NCBI RefSeq assembly: GCF_006345805.1
Contig: NW_021825120.1
Span: forward strand, 1 to 16,750
DNA length: 16,750 bases
Source of the DNA: Octopus sinensis
Taxonomy: Eukaryota
Direction of reading: 5' to 3'
This document shows, piece after piece, positions 1 to 9,214 of this stretch; the stretch's first letter is position 1, and each line of letters opens with the position of its first letter. Both the position numbers and the translations under genes were made by a program. The notes under the pieces are model-generated. The model was not told the origin of the DNA and ran no database searches. It saw only the letters and a program-made list of their open reading frames with translations.

Positions 1-110
1 CACCACCACACCACCACCACCACCACCACCCCACCCCACCACCACCACTACCACCACCACCACCATCACCACCACCACCACCCTCACCACCACCACCACT
101 ACCACCTCAA
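1..110. repeat. (CAC)n imperfect microsatellite
   Basis: Direct: degenerate CAC triplet run from the window start. Confidence 0.95.
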
Positions 111-179
111 CCGACACCCACTAGGGCCAGGTTCATTACGAACCAGCTCGAAACCCTACTAACTAGCTACAGTAGCCAA

Positions 180-405
180 AATCTGGTCACTTGATCTGCT
201 AGAAAAGGCAGTGAAATCTCAACGTAATCACACACTTTTAGCATCTTACAAAGAGAAAAAGAGAAAAGAGTACATTGATGTGATAACTTGTCTTTTAGTA
301 CCCATTCCTCAAAGACGGGATGGTCATCACTGGATTGTTTTGAGATAGTGTCACTGGTTATCTTCTTTATCTCCGACCTGATGTTAAACAAGAACACCAA
401 CCAAA
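180..405 (+). mobile_element. Degraded dispersed-repeat fragment (paralogous to 5798-5915)
   Basis: Shares TGGTC(A/G)CT...CTGCTAGAAA and GGGATGGTCAT blocks, in the same order, with 5798-5915. Family not identified. Confidence 0.55.
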
Positions 406-421
406 CACTACAGTCGCACTG

Positions 422-873
422 ACCACCAACACCACCACCAACACCACCACCACCACCGCCACCACCACCACCCCAACCACCACCACTACCATCAACACCA
501 CCACCACCACCACCCCAACCACCACCACTACCATCAACACCACCACCACCACACCCCAACCACCACCACCCAACCACCACCACTACCTCACACACCACCA
601 CCACCACCCCAACCACCACCACTACCATCAACACCACCACCCCACCACAACCCCAACCACCACCACCCCAACCACCACCACTACCATCAACACCACCCCA
701 CCACCACCACACCCCCCCCCCAACCACCAACCACCCCAACCACCACCACTACCATCAACACCACCACCACCACACCACCACACACCACCAACCCACACCC
801 ACTACCATCACCACCACCACACCACCACCACCACCACCACCACCACCACTACCATCACACCACCACCACCACC
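422..873. repeat. (CAC)n low-complexity tract with a recurring ~35-40 bp unit (CCCCAACCACCACCACTACCATCAACACCACC)
   Basis: Direct: the same interrupted unit recurs several times between ~460 and ~770. Confidence 0.9.
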
Positions 874-944
874 AAACATCAACACAACCACGTCCACCAC
901 AAGTCAACATCCACAATTAAAACCATCAACCCCCCCATCTCACC

Positions 945-1152
945 ACCCACCACCACCACCATCACCACCACCACCACCACCACCAATACCAACGCCACCA
1001 CTACCATCACCAACACCACTACCACCAACAACAACAACAACAACACCACCACCACCACCACCAACACCACCACCAACAACAACAACACCACCACCACCAA
1101 CAACAGCAACAACAACAACAACAACACCACCACCAACACCACCAACACCACC

Positions 1153-1184
<32 letters not shown>

Positions 1185-1193
1185 CAACACCAC

Positions 1194-1250
<57 letters not shown>

Positions 1251-1327
1251 CCACCACCACCACCACCACCACCAACACCACCACCACCACTCACCACTCA
1301 CCAGAACACCAACACCAACAACAACAA
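945..1327. repeat. Mixed (CAC)n/(CAA)n microsatellite
   Basis: Direct; explains the poly-Val/Gly/Trp/Cys ORFs. Confidence 0.95.
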
Positions 1328-1627
1328 ACGCCTACACTACCACCGATCTAACCACTATCATTTAACTACTAGTCTTACACAAAACGTCATTCATATGCAA
1401 CTCCCTAAATTACCCTTTAAGAATAAGTCGGTAAACAGCATCAACCCCAGTTTTGTCTAACTTCAAACCTGCAGCTAATCCTCTCCCTGGATTTCATCAC
1501 CATTCCTCCCTAGTGCCCCGCTTCCTTAATTACCATGACTACCAAAGACTGCTTTCAGCGCTTCATTTCTGACATGTTCAGCCTTTGCCTGGCGGCAATT
1601 TCTTTCGCTGTATCCAAGTATCCAACC

Positions 1628-1657
1628 CATCCCTCTATCGATATATACGGTGAATAT

Positions 1658-1688
<31 letters not shown>

Positions 1689-1719
1689 CATATTCACCGT
1701 ATATATCGATAGAGGGATG
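1628..1719. repeat. 92-bp spacerless palindrome centred on (TA)n
   Basis: CATCCCTCTATCGATATATACGGTGAATATGTATA (1628-1662) is the exact reverse complement of 1685-1719. The (TA)n centre is self-complementary, with a single T/G mismatch (1663/1684). Confidence 0.95.
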
Positions 1720-1722
1720 TAT

Positions 1723-1750
1723 GTGTGCATATTTAGATATATATATACAG

Positions 1751-1782
<32 letters not shown>

Positions 1783-1940
1783 GTATATATGTGTGTGTGT
1801 GAGTGTGTGTGTGTGTCTGTATATATATATCTAAATATACACACTATATTTAGAATATATATACAGACACACATCTGTATATATATATCTAAATATACAC
1901 ACTATATTTAGATATATATATACAGACACACACACACACT

Positions 1941-1973
<33 letters not shown>

Positions 1974-1974
1974 G

Positions 1975-2012
<38 letters not shown>

Positions 2013-2037
2013 TGTATATATATATCTAAATATACAC
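1723..2037. repeat. Series of palindromic compound microsatellites (TATTTAGATATATATATACAGACACAC unit in alternating orientation)
   Basis: Palindromes at ~1723-1844, ~1845-1900 and ~1903-2034, all built from the same unit and its reverse complement. Confidence 0.9.
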
Positions 2038-2188
2038 ACATACATATATATATATATAGTGAGAGAGAGACAGAGAGACAGAGAGAGAGGGAGAGAGAGC
2101 GAGAGAGAGAGACAGACAGACAGAGACAGAGAGAAAAAGAGAGACACACACACATATATATATACATACATACATACATACATACATT

Positions 2189-2237
<49 letters not shown>
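2038..2237. repeat. Compound microsatellite (TA)n-(GA)n-(TACA)n-(CA)n
   Basis: Direct. Confidence 0.95.
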
Positions 2238-2238
<1 letters not shown>

Positions 2239-2416
2239 GGCATAGAAGTGGCTGTGTGGTAAGAAGGCGTTGGAGTGGTAGTGTGGTAAGTAGCTTGCTT
2301 ACGAACCACATGGTTCTGGGTTCAGTCCAACTGCGTGGCACCTGGGGCAAGTGTCGTCTACTACAGCCTCGGGCCGGCCAGAGCCTTTGGTAAACGGAAA
2401 CTGAAAGAAGCCCGTC
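2238..2416 (+). mobile_element. tRNA-derived SINE family 1 (CORE-like), 5' half, with duplicated head
   Basis: A-box-like TGGCTGTGTGGTAAG occurs twice, then B-box-like GGTTCAGTCC and CACCTGGGGCAAGT (similar to the CORE motif ACCTTGGGCAAGT). Colinear with the copies at 2455, 5924, 7411 and 13066. Ends in (TA)n. Confidence 0.85.
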
Positions 2417-2421
2417 ATATT

Positions 2422-2452
<31 letters not shown>

Positions 2453-2454
2453 GC

Positions 2455-2740
2455 CCAGTACTTATTCTATCGGTCTCTTTTGCCGAACCGCTAAGTGTCG
2501 GGGACATAAACACACCAGCATTGGTTGTCAAGCAATGCTAGGGGGACAAACACAGAAACACACATATATATATATACATATATACGACAGGCTTCTTTCA
2601 GTTTCCGTCTACCAAATCCACTCACAAGGCATTGGTCGGCCCGGGGCTATAGCAGAAGACACTTGCCCAAGATGCCACGCAGTGGGACTGAACCATGTGG
2701 TTGGTTAGCAAGTTACTTACCACACAGCCACTCCTGCGCC
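2455..2740 (-). mobile_element. tRNA-derived SINE family 1, 3'-truncated
   Basis: Minus-strand head GGCGCAGGAGTGGCTGTGTGGTAAG, CORE-like body and internal (TA)/(TG) tract; lacks the 3' tail present in 5924-6330. Confidence 0.85.
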
Positions 2741-2802
2741 ATTATATTATATAATATTCGTTCATCATGTAATCGATTTAATTAATTCGTGTTATCTATC
2801 TA

Positions 2803-2819
2803 TGTATCTATGTATCTAA

Positions 2820-2885
<66 letters not shown>

Positions 2886-2890
2886 ATCTC

Positions 2891-2938
<48 letters not shown>
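2803..2938. repeat. (TCTA)n tetranucleotide microsatellite
   Basis: Direct. Confidence 0.95.
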
Positions 2939-2939
<1 letters not shown>

Positions 2940-2974
2940 GTCTTTCTTGCTCTCTCTATATATTAATTTATATG

Positions 2975-3008
<34 letters not shown>

Positions 3009-3096
3009 TATATGTCTAAATGTATACACACACATATACACACACACATATTTTTCTCCTTCTCTGTCTATATCTATATGTATGTGCGTATGTGTG

Positions 3097-3131
<35 letters not shown>

Positions 3132-3573
3132 ATTAAACTGCCTTCTCTTTAACGGAATTTCTTCCAATTTTCTGCCATTGATTTTATACGACAGCTTCTC
3201 GACTTCTGTTTCTATTCAAATTCTTCACCCCAAAATCGAAACACAAATATGAATGTGAGCACCCATGTGTACACATCCATGTATGGAGTGACGTAAATTT
3301 TACGTATGTAATTATGTATAGTTACGTGTATGTATATTTGCATGTATGTACGCATGTTTGTATTCATGTATGTATACATGTTATTTGTGCACGCGCGTAT
3401 GTATATATACATATATACATGCGTTGATCATATACACAGATGCACATTGTGTGTATGCATTGGCAATTTTTCGTAACTTTTGAGTTGTGCATTGTCACAC
3501 ACACTCACACGCATACACAGAAGCACACAAAACAGGCACATACACACTCACGCAGAATCTCGCACACACAATA

Positions 3574-3604
<31 letters not shown>

Positions 3605-3612
3605 CATACATA

Positions 3613-3734
3613 CATGTAAAAGCCGGACTAGACTATTTTATGCGCAACTTCATTGTCTCCCGAGACAAAAAGGATGCCAACCAACATACATACATGCATA
3701 CATACATACGTACGTACATACATACATACATACA

Positions 3735-3765
<31 letters not shown>

Positions 3766-3918
3766 CATACAAACATGTAAAAGCCGGACTAGACTATTTT
3801 ATGCGCAACTTCATTGTCTCCCGAGACAAAAAGGATGCCAACCAACATACATACATGCATACATACATACGTACGTACATACATACATACATACATACAT
3901 ACATACATACATACATAC
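3613..3918. repeat. Two-copy tandem duplication (161-bp offset) of a 72-bp unique segment plus (TACA)n
   Basis: CATGTAAAAGCCGGACTAGA...GGATGCCAACCAA is identical at 3613-3684 and 3774-3845, including the interruptions in the following (TACA)n. Confidence 0.95.
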
Positions 3919-4094
3919 AAACAATATACTTTATTGTTAATTTTACATGTGTCATCCAGTAGCTCTGACCATCCTGGAGCACTGATGTGCGTGATGGCTA
4001 ATTTTATTTCATTGTACTTCTACTGCTATCGCACCGTATTTTGATTTTGCTGAATGTTGTGGCGAGAACCATTGACACCCCTGTAGTCCACTGG

Positions 4095-4136
4095 AGTTCG
4101 GCCAGTCCACCCCCTGGAGGATAGACTAGCCGAACT
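4095..4136 (-). other. 19-bp hairpin, fully paired (4 G-U) if transcribed from the minus strand
   Basis: Minus strand AGUUCGGCUAGUCUAUCCU-CCAG-GGGGUGGACUGGCCGAACU pairs at all 19 positions. Confidence 0.8.
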
Positions 4137-4341
4137 TTTATAAAGAGTAGTGGTCGGTAGAAGTCAGAGAGAGTGTGTTGGTAGCCTCGCGAAGTACGTC
4201 GTATGAACACATTGATTAAACGTCCGCTTCATAATTTATATATACCAGCCTGTAGCAGAATATGTAAGTGAATCATGAAGTTAGACTAAAAATTGATGTT
4301 GATGGTGTCATGAGTAATCTACACAGAGTCACACCACTTAG

Positions 4342-4728
4342 GAGGGAGGAAGCACTCCGTCGGTTACGACGATGAGGGTTCCGGTTGATCCGACCAACGG
4401 AACAGCCTGCTCGTGAAGTTAACGTGTAAGTGGCTGAGCACTCCTCAGACACGTGTACCCTTAACGTAGTTCTCGGGGATATTCAGCGGGACACAGAGAG
4501 TGACAAGGCCGGCCCTTTGAAATACAGGTACAACAGAAACAGGAAGTAAGAGTGAGAGAAAGTTGTGGTGAAAGAGTACAGCAGGGATCACCACCATGCC
4601 CTGCCGGAGCCTCGGGGAGCTTTAGGTGTTTTCGCTCAATAAACACTCACAACGCCCGGTCTGGGAATCGAAACCGCGATCCTACGACCGCGAGTCCGCT
4701 GCCCTAATCACTGGGCCATTGTGCCTCC
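4342..4728 (-). mobile_element. Full-length tRNA-derived SINE family 3 with target-site duplication
   Basis: Minus-strand head GGAGGCACAATGGCCCAGTGATTAGGGC (A box) ... GGTTTCGATTCCC (B box), ~300-nt body and short CT-rich tail. Flanked by ACTTAG at 4336-4341 and 4729-4734 (8 bp CCACTTAG if the overlap with the head is counted). Confidence 0.85.
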
Positions 4729-5504
4729 ACTTAGTGCCTGTATGACTCTATGATTGAGGATGACATGGGTTTACTCATCAACAATCCAACGCAAGGAGAT
4801 GTCCATGTGGATGTTGGAGTTACTAAAAATAAAGCCAGTTCTTTTCAAATCACATTCTACAAACTAATTAATGGTGTCAGAAGCAGTAATGATAACAAAA
4901 GGCGATCCTGATCTCCAGCTTAACGTGTGTGTTGTATAAGAACACAGAATATTGTGTTATGTATCTTTCATAAAGACTTGTGGTGAATAAATGCGCTTGT
5001 AATTATATCGTTGACAGATAAGAATCGTTTGCTACAGCTGCCGAAATTGTTAGATCCCGTGATTTCAATCTGCTTTGGGTTCCTCAGTGACAGACATCCA
5101 GTAGCGCGATAGCAGCCAACGATATATAGAATCTCAGTGTCTATTCAGACACTAGTGTTGTAAATAGCCAGAGGATTTATTAAAAATTAATTGATAGTGA
5201 GAGAAGCAGAAAAATACCAAAAGTTAATCTTGTTCTTAAAAGAGTCACATTTAATAATGTGTTCATTTAAGAATGTCTCTTGTCATAGATATACCATGTC
5301 TAAGACAAAAGATTCTATGGCCAGTTTGAAAACAAACTGACTGCCCCTAGAACCACTATCGGTCAAGATTGACCATTACTCTACACGGACATGTGCAAGC
5401 CAGGGTAATATTTTTCAGAAAAGTTAGCATTTTCCCACGTGTGGAAATCTCTCCTCTGCATGTCACTGAAGTTTATCTAAGGAAATGGCTGCTCTTTTGG
5501 GCCG

Positions 5505-5731
5505 TTAGAACTTGGCACTAGTGATGCTGACAGAACGCAAGGAGCCGGAACAGATACCACAAGGCATCTTTACTGACCCTTAAACTATTCTGCCAATCTA
5601 CCGTCCATTTCTATCGACCCCCAAAGAGGATAAAAGTCGAAGCTGACTAGGACGAGATTTGAACTCAGAATGCAGAGATTTGGAACAAATACTGCATATC
5701 AGCACTGTATCTATTTTACCAATTCGCCGCC
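5505..5731 (-). mobile_element. Highly degraded SINE family 2 fragments
   Basis: Retains TATCGACCCC...AAAGTCGA...ATTTGAACTCAGAA...TCGCCGCC, as in the better-preserved family 2 copies. Confidence 0.6.
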
Positions 5732-5797
5732 ATTAATCATAGATTTGTTTGCGCATGTCAAACTACGACAACAAGGATAACAAGGAAACAAACTATG

Positions 5798-5915
5798 TGG
5801 TCGCTCCAGCTGCTAGAAATAACAGCAATATTTTCCCACTACTGCAAATGATATCCTAAACTTTCAAATTGTTAAGAGTTGGGATGGTCATGGCTGAATG
5901 CTTCTTATCATATTT
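5798..5915 (+). mobile_element. Degraded dispersed-repeat fragment (paralogous to 180-405)
   Basis: Shared CTGCTAGAAA and GGGATGGTCAT blocks. Confidence 0.5.
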
Positions 5916-5923
5916 CAGCCCAT

Positions 5924-6330
5924 TTACTCTTTTATTCTTTTACTTGTTTCAGTCATTTGACTGTGGCCATGCTGGAGCACCACCTTTAGTCGAGCAAATC
6001 GACCCCAGGACTTATTCTTTGTAAGCCTAGTACTTATTCTATCGGTCTCTTTTGCCGAACTGCTAATTTACGGGAGCGTAAACACACTAGCGTCGGTTGC
6101 CAAGCGATGTTGGGGGACAAACACAGACACACAAACATATAGACACACATACATACATATATACATATATACGACGGGCTCTTTTCAGTTTCTGTCTACC
6201 AAATCCACTCACAAGGCTTTGGTCGACCCAAGTCTATAGTAGAAGACACTTGCCCAAAATGCAACGCAGTGGGACTGAACCCGGAGCCATGCGGTTCGTA
6301 AGCAAGCTACTTACCACACAACCATTCCTA
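5924..6330 (-). mobile_element. Full-length tRNA-derived SINE family 1 (CORE-like)
   Basis: Head, CORE-like segment, internal microsatellite and 3' tail GGTGCTCCAGCATGGCCACAGTCAAATGACTGAAACAAGTAAAAG followed by AATAAAAGAG repeats. Resembles the abundant octopus SINEs as I recall them; the family name is not verified. Confidence 0.9.
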
Positions 6331-6448
6331 GGCCTTTCTCGTTTAGAGAAAACCTGGAGGCTAAACGTGAACAACTGCGACTACCACCACTACTACAACC
6401 TCTACAACAGGTGTTGTTAAGGATCAACAAAAACTACTACTACTACTG

Positions 6449-6501
<53 letters not shown>
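6449..6501. repeat. (AAT)n microsatellite (tail side of the adjacent SINE)
   Basis: Direct. Confidence 0.95.
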
Positions 6502-6502
<1 letters not shown>

Positions 6503-6717
6503 TCCTTTCTACTAAAGGCACAAGGCCAGAAATTTTGGGGCGGGGACTAGTCGAATACATCGACCCCAGTGTTTCACTGATACTTAATTTATCTACCTCG
6601 AAAGAATGAACGATAAAGTCGACATGGACGGAATTTGAACTCAGAACGTAGCGAGAGACGTAATGCCGCTAAGCATTAAGGCCAGCAAATTAGCGATTCT
6701 GCCAGCTCACCACCCTC
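6502..6717 (-). mobile_element. SINE family 2 monomer with tail type B
   Basis: Minus-strand head GAGCTGGCAGAATCGCTAA...GAGTTCAAATTCC, central GTCGAC box and tail TTTCTGGCCTTGTGCCTTTAGTAGAAAGGATA followed by (TTA)n. Confidence 0.85.
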
Positions 6718-6781
<64 letters not shown>

Positions 6782-6792
6782 TTAATAATAAT
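6718..6792. repeat. (AAT)n microsatellite
   Basis: Direct. Confidence 0.95.
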
Positions 6793-7410
6793 GGAATACA
6801 TGCTACTGATATGGGAAACAGCTGGTGTGTTAATATGATATCAATATACAGTTTACCTGGAACAAGCTGCTCAATTGTTTTAAGGTCTACTGATCAACTT
6901 AAGATTTGTGAGCAAATTATCTTTCGGTAAGTGGAGCATTGAGGCATTAGAATACAGAGACTGAAAATTTATTAGTCTATAGCATTACGTCGTTGTAAGT
7001 GCTCTGAACACGCATGACTAGACAAGCGTATACATTGTGTCCCGTTTGGTTTCGTTTATAAGTCTAAATTTTAGAGACAGATGTGTTTACATAGGCATCC
7101 CTGGCATTACGGAAGCGTTGTGTTCTAGAAAAAATATTTCTCCAGCTCGGGATACCATTATTACGCGAAACCTATTTTATCGTCGATTTCCTTGTAATAA
7201 ATCGTAACACGGATCCGAACGATTTTATGTTTTGTTTTTAAATTAGAAATAAAAGCAAATGAAACTACCACTTTGCGCTAAAATAGTTTTAACACACACT
7301 GTACAGTATGTACACAAAGAAAGATTTGAAGAGAAACTCGTCAGACAATAAATAAATATACAGTAATGTTGTAGAAAGATACGGTCACTAAACTAGTTTC
7401 CCCATTAAGC

Positions 7411-8116
7411 TTATACTCTTTTACTTGTTTCAGTCATTTGACTGTGGCCATGCTGGAGCACTGCCTTTATTTTTTATTTCTTATTTCTTTACTACTCACA
7501 AGGGGCTAAACACAGAGGGGACAGACAAACGGATTAAGTCGATTATATTGACCCTCAGTGCGTAACTGGTACTTATTTCATCGACCCCGAAAGGATGAAA
7601 GGCAAAGTCGATCTCGGCGGACTTTGAACTCAGAACGTAGAGGCAGACGAAATACCGCTAAATATTTCGCCCAGCATGCTAACGTTTCTGCCAGCTCACC
7701 GCCTTTCAGCCAGCTCGCCGCCTTTAGTCGGTGCAAATCGACCCCAGCGGCTGGAGCACCGCCTTTAGTCGAGCAAATCGACTTCAGGACTCATTCTTTG
7801 TAAGCCTAGTACTAATTCTATCGGAGTCTTTTGCCGACCCGCTAAGTTACGGGGACGTGAATACACCAGCATCGGTTGTCAAGTAAAGTTGGGGGGGGGG
7901 GCAAACACAGACACACAAACACGTACACACACATACTTATATACATATATATACATATATACGACGGTCTTCATTCAGTTTCCGTCTACCAAATCCACTC
8001 ACAAGGCTTTGGTCGGCCCGAGGCTATAGTAGAGGACACTTGCCCAAGGTGCCACGTAGTGGAACTGAACCTGAAACCATGTAGTTCGTAAGCAAGCTAC
8101 TTACCACACAGCCACT
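7411..8116 (-). mobile_element. SINE family 1 copy interrupted by a nested family 2 SINE
   Basis: The 3' tail (7411-7469) and the remainder of the element (7750-8116) are colinear with 5924-6330. GCTGGAGCAC(T/C)GCCTTTA is duplicated at 7452-7469 and 7750-7767. Confidence 0.88.
7470..7707 (-). mobile_element. SINE family 2 monomer (tail type A), nested
   Basis: Colinear with 8969-9197; minus-strand tail ends AAGAAATAAGAAATAAAAAAA. Confidence 0.88.
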
Positions 8117-8120
8117 GGTG

Positions 8121-8668
8121 AAATTTTTTATTTTATTTTTATTTTATTTTATTTTTATTTTACTGGTGGAGAAAGAAAGAGCATTTCCTATGATATTTGC
8201 AGTTTCTCTGAGACCGTAGAGTTTGATGCCGTTGGTATTTTGTTTCCAGTATTACCGGTCAGCCCTTGCTGGAAAAACATCAACAGGCAGAAGATTCCAA
8301 GGGTTCATGCTCTGTAGAGAAAGGACTGGATAAAATGGTAAGTGTGAGCCTGAGATAACTAGATGCACCAGAATTGACAAGAGGCGGAAAAAAAACCATT
8401 GCGTCGGATATTCCATAATGGTGGATGCAGTAGAATTGTCAGCTCCGAGGAATGGAAACCATTATAGTAGAGACAGGAAAGACAACGAGAAGATACTGCA
8501 CACCTAAGTTGTATTCAGTCCCTTCCGGACACGTTCAAGCGTTTCAATAAATGATTAAATACCAGTTAGTTCGTGGCTCTTCTCTGGATGCACTCCAGGA
8601 CGTCTGCGTTCGTAGTAGCGGCATCGTCCCACATGTAGAAGTACTATAATGTAGGGCTTCTGTCTGCG
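8121..8668 (-). mobile_element. Degraded 3' end of a CR1/Jockey-like non-LTR retrotransposon (ORF2 C-terminus, 3' UTR, A-rich tail)
   Basis: Minus-strand translation RSPTL*YFYMW...VLECIQRRAT...YYNGFHSSEL...QSFLYRA*...(frameshift)WNLLPVDVFP matches the known ORF2 C-terminal motif series RPxLEYCSxIW, LDRIQRRA, YYxGxCSxEL, SFxPRTxxLWNSLPxSVFP. It is followed by an (AAAAT)n-type tail at 8121-8160. Multiple stops indicate a dead copy. Confidence 0.85.
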
Positions 8669-8968
8669 TGGGAGGATTGTATTTCTATGTAGATGTAAAT
8701 GGGTGTGTGGGGAGATTGTATTTTTATGGTGGAAATATGTGTGGGAAGATTGCTGTTATGTGGAGGTAATAAAAGTATGATCTTTATATATATATATATC
8801 TTGTTATTTGTATATATATATATATAGGTCCCGGGTTGAGTCGGGGTTAACCACAGTAAATAAGGTACTCAATGATTTCATTTGAATGAAACAGTTCTAG
8901 TCCTGTAGAAGCTCCTTCTATAAAATAAATATATATATATATATATATACACTCAGATTCCCACTTGA

Positions 8969-9197
8969 GTCTTATTTCTTATTTCCTTACTGCCCACAAG
9001 GGGACAAACAAGGACAGACAAACGGATTAAGTTGATTATATCGACCCCAGTGCGTAACTGGTACTTGTTTAATCGACCCCGAAAGGATGAAAGACAAAGT
9101 CGACCTCGGCGGAATTTGAACTCAGAACGTAGCGGCAGACGAAATACCGCTAAGCATTTCGCCCGGCGTGCTAACGATTCTGCCGGCTCGCCGCCTT
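8969..9197 (-). mobile_element. SINE family 2 monomer (tail type A) with 13-bp target-site duplication
   Basis: GATTCCCACTTGA at 8956-8968 and 9198-9210. Intact A and B boxes. A 15-nt deletion in the tail lies between two GGGG tracts. Confidence 0.92.
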
Positions 9198-9214
9198 GAT
9201 TCCCACTTGATTAT

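Noticed and set aside
1-1327. G-quadruplex or telomere-like role for the (GGT)n strand
   Set aside because: It is not the TTAGGG-type telomeric repeat, and two-G-run motifs are ubiquitous in such microsatellites; nothing specific supports a function.
1534-1634. Candidate minus-strand exon (GMGWILGYSERNCRQAKAEHVRNEALKAVFGSH)
   Set aside because: The acceptor lies inside the palindrome arm with no pyrimidine tract, and the peptide is not recognised.
4690-4728. tRNA genes at SINE heads (also near 2240, 6300, 9190, 10030, 13785)
   Set aside because: They have A/B boxes but no complete cloverleaf or acceptor stem, and they run into SINE bodies.
4741-4911. 56-codon open frame YDSMIEDDMGLLINNPTQGDVHVDVG...
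   Set aside because: Short, with in-frame stops on both sides, no convincing donor site and no recognisable motif.
5041-5100. Hammerhead-like CTGAGGA...GAAA on the minus strand (5087-5081 and 5066-5063)
   Set aside because: Stem II (ACCCAAAGCAGATT) cannot pair and stem I is mismatched at position 2. Roughly one such motif pair is expected by chance in this much sequence.
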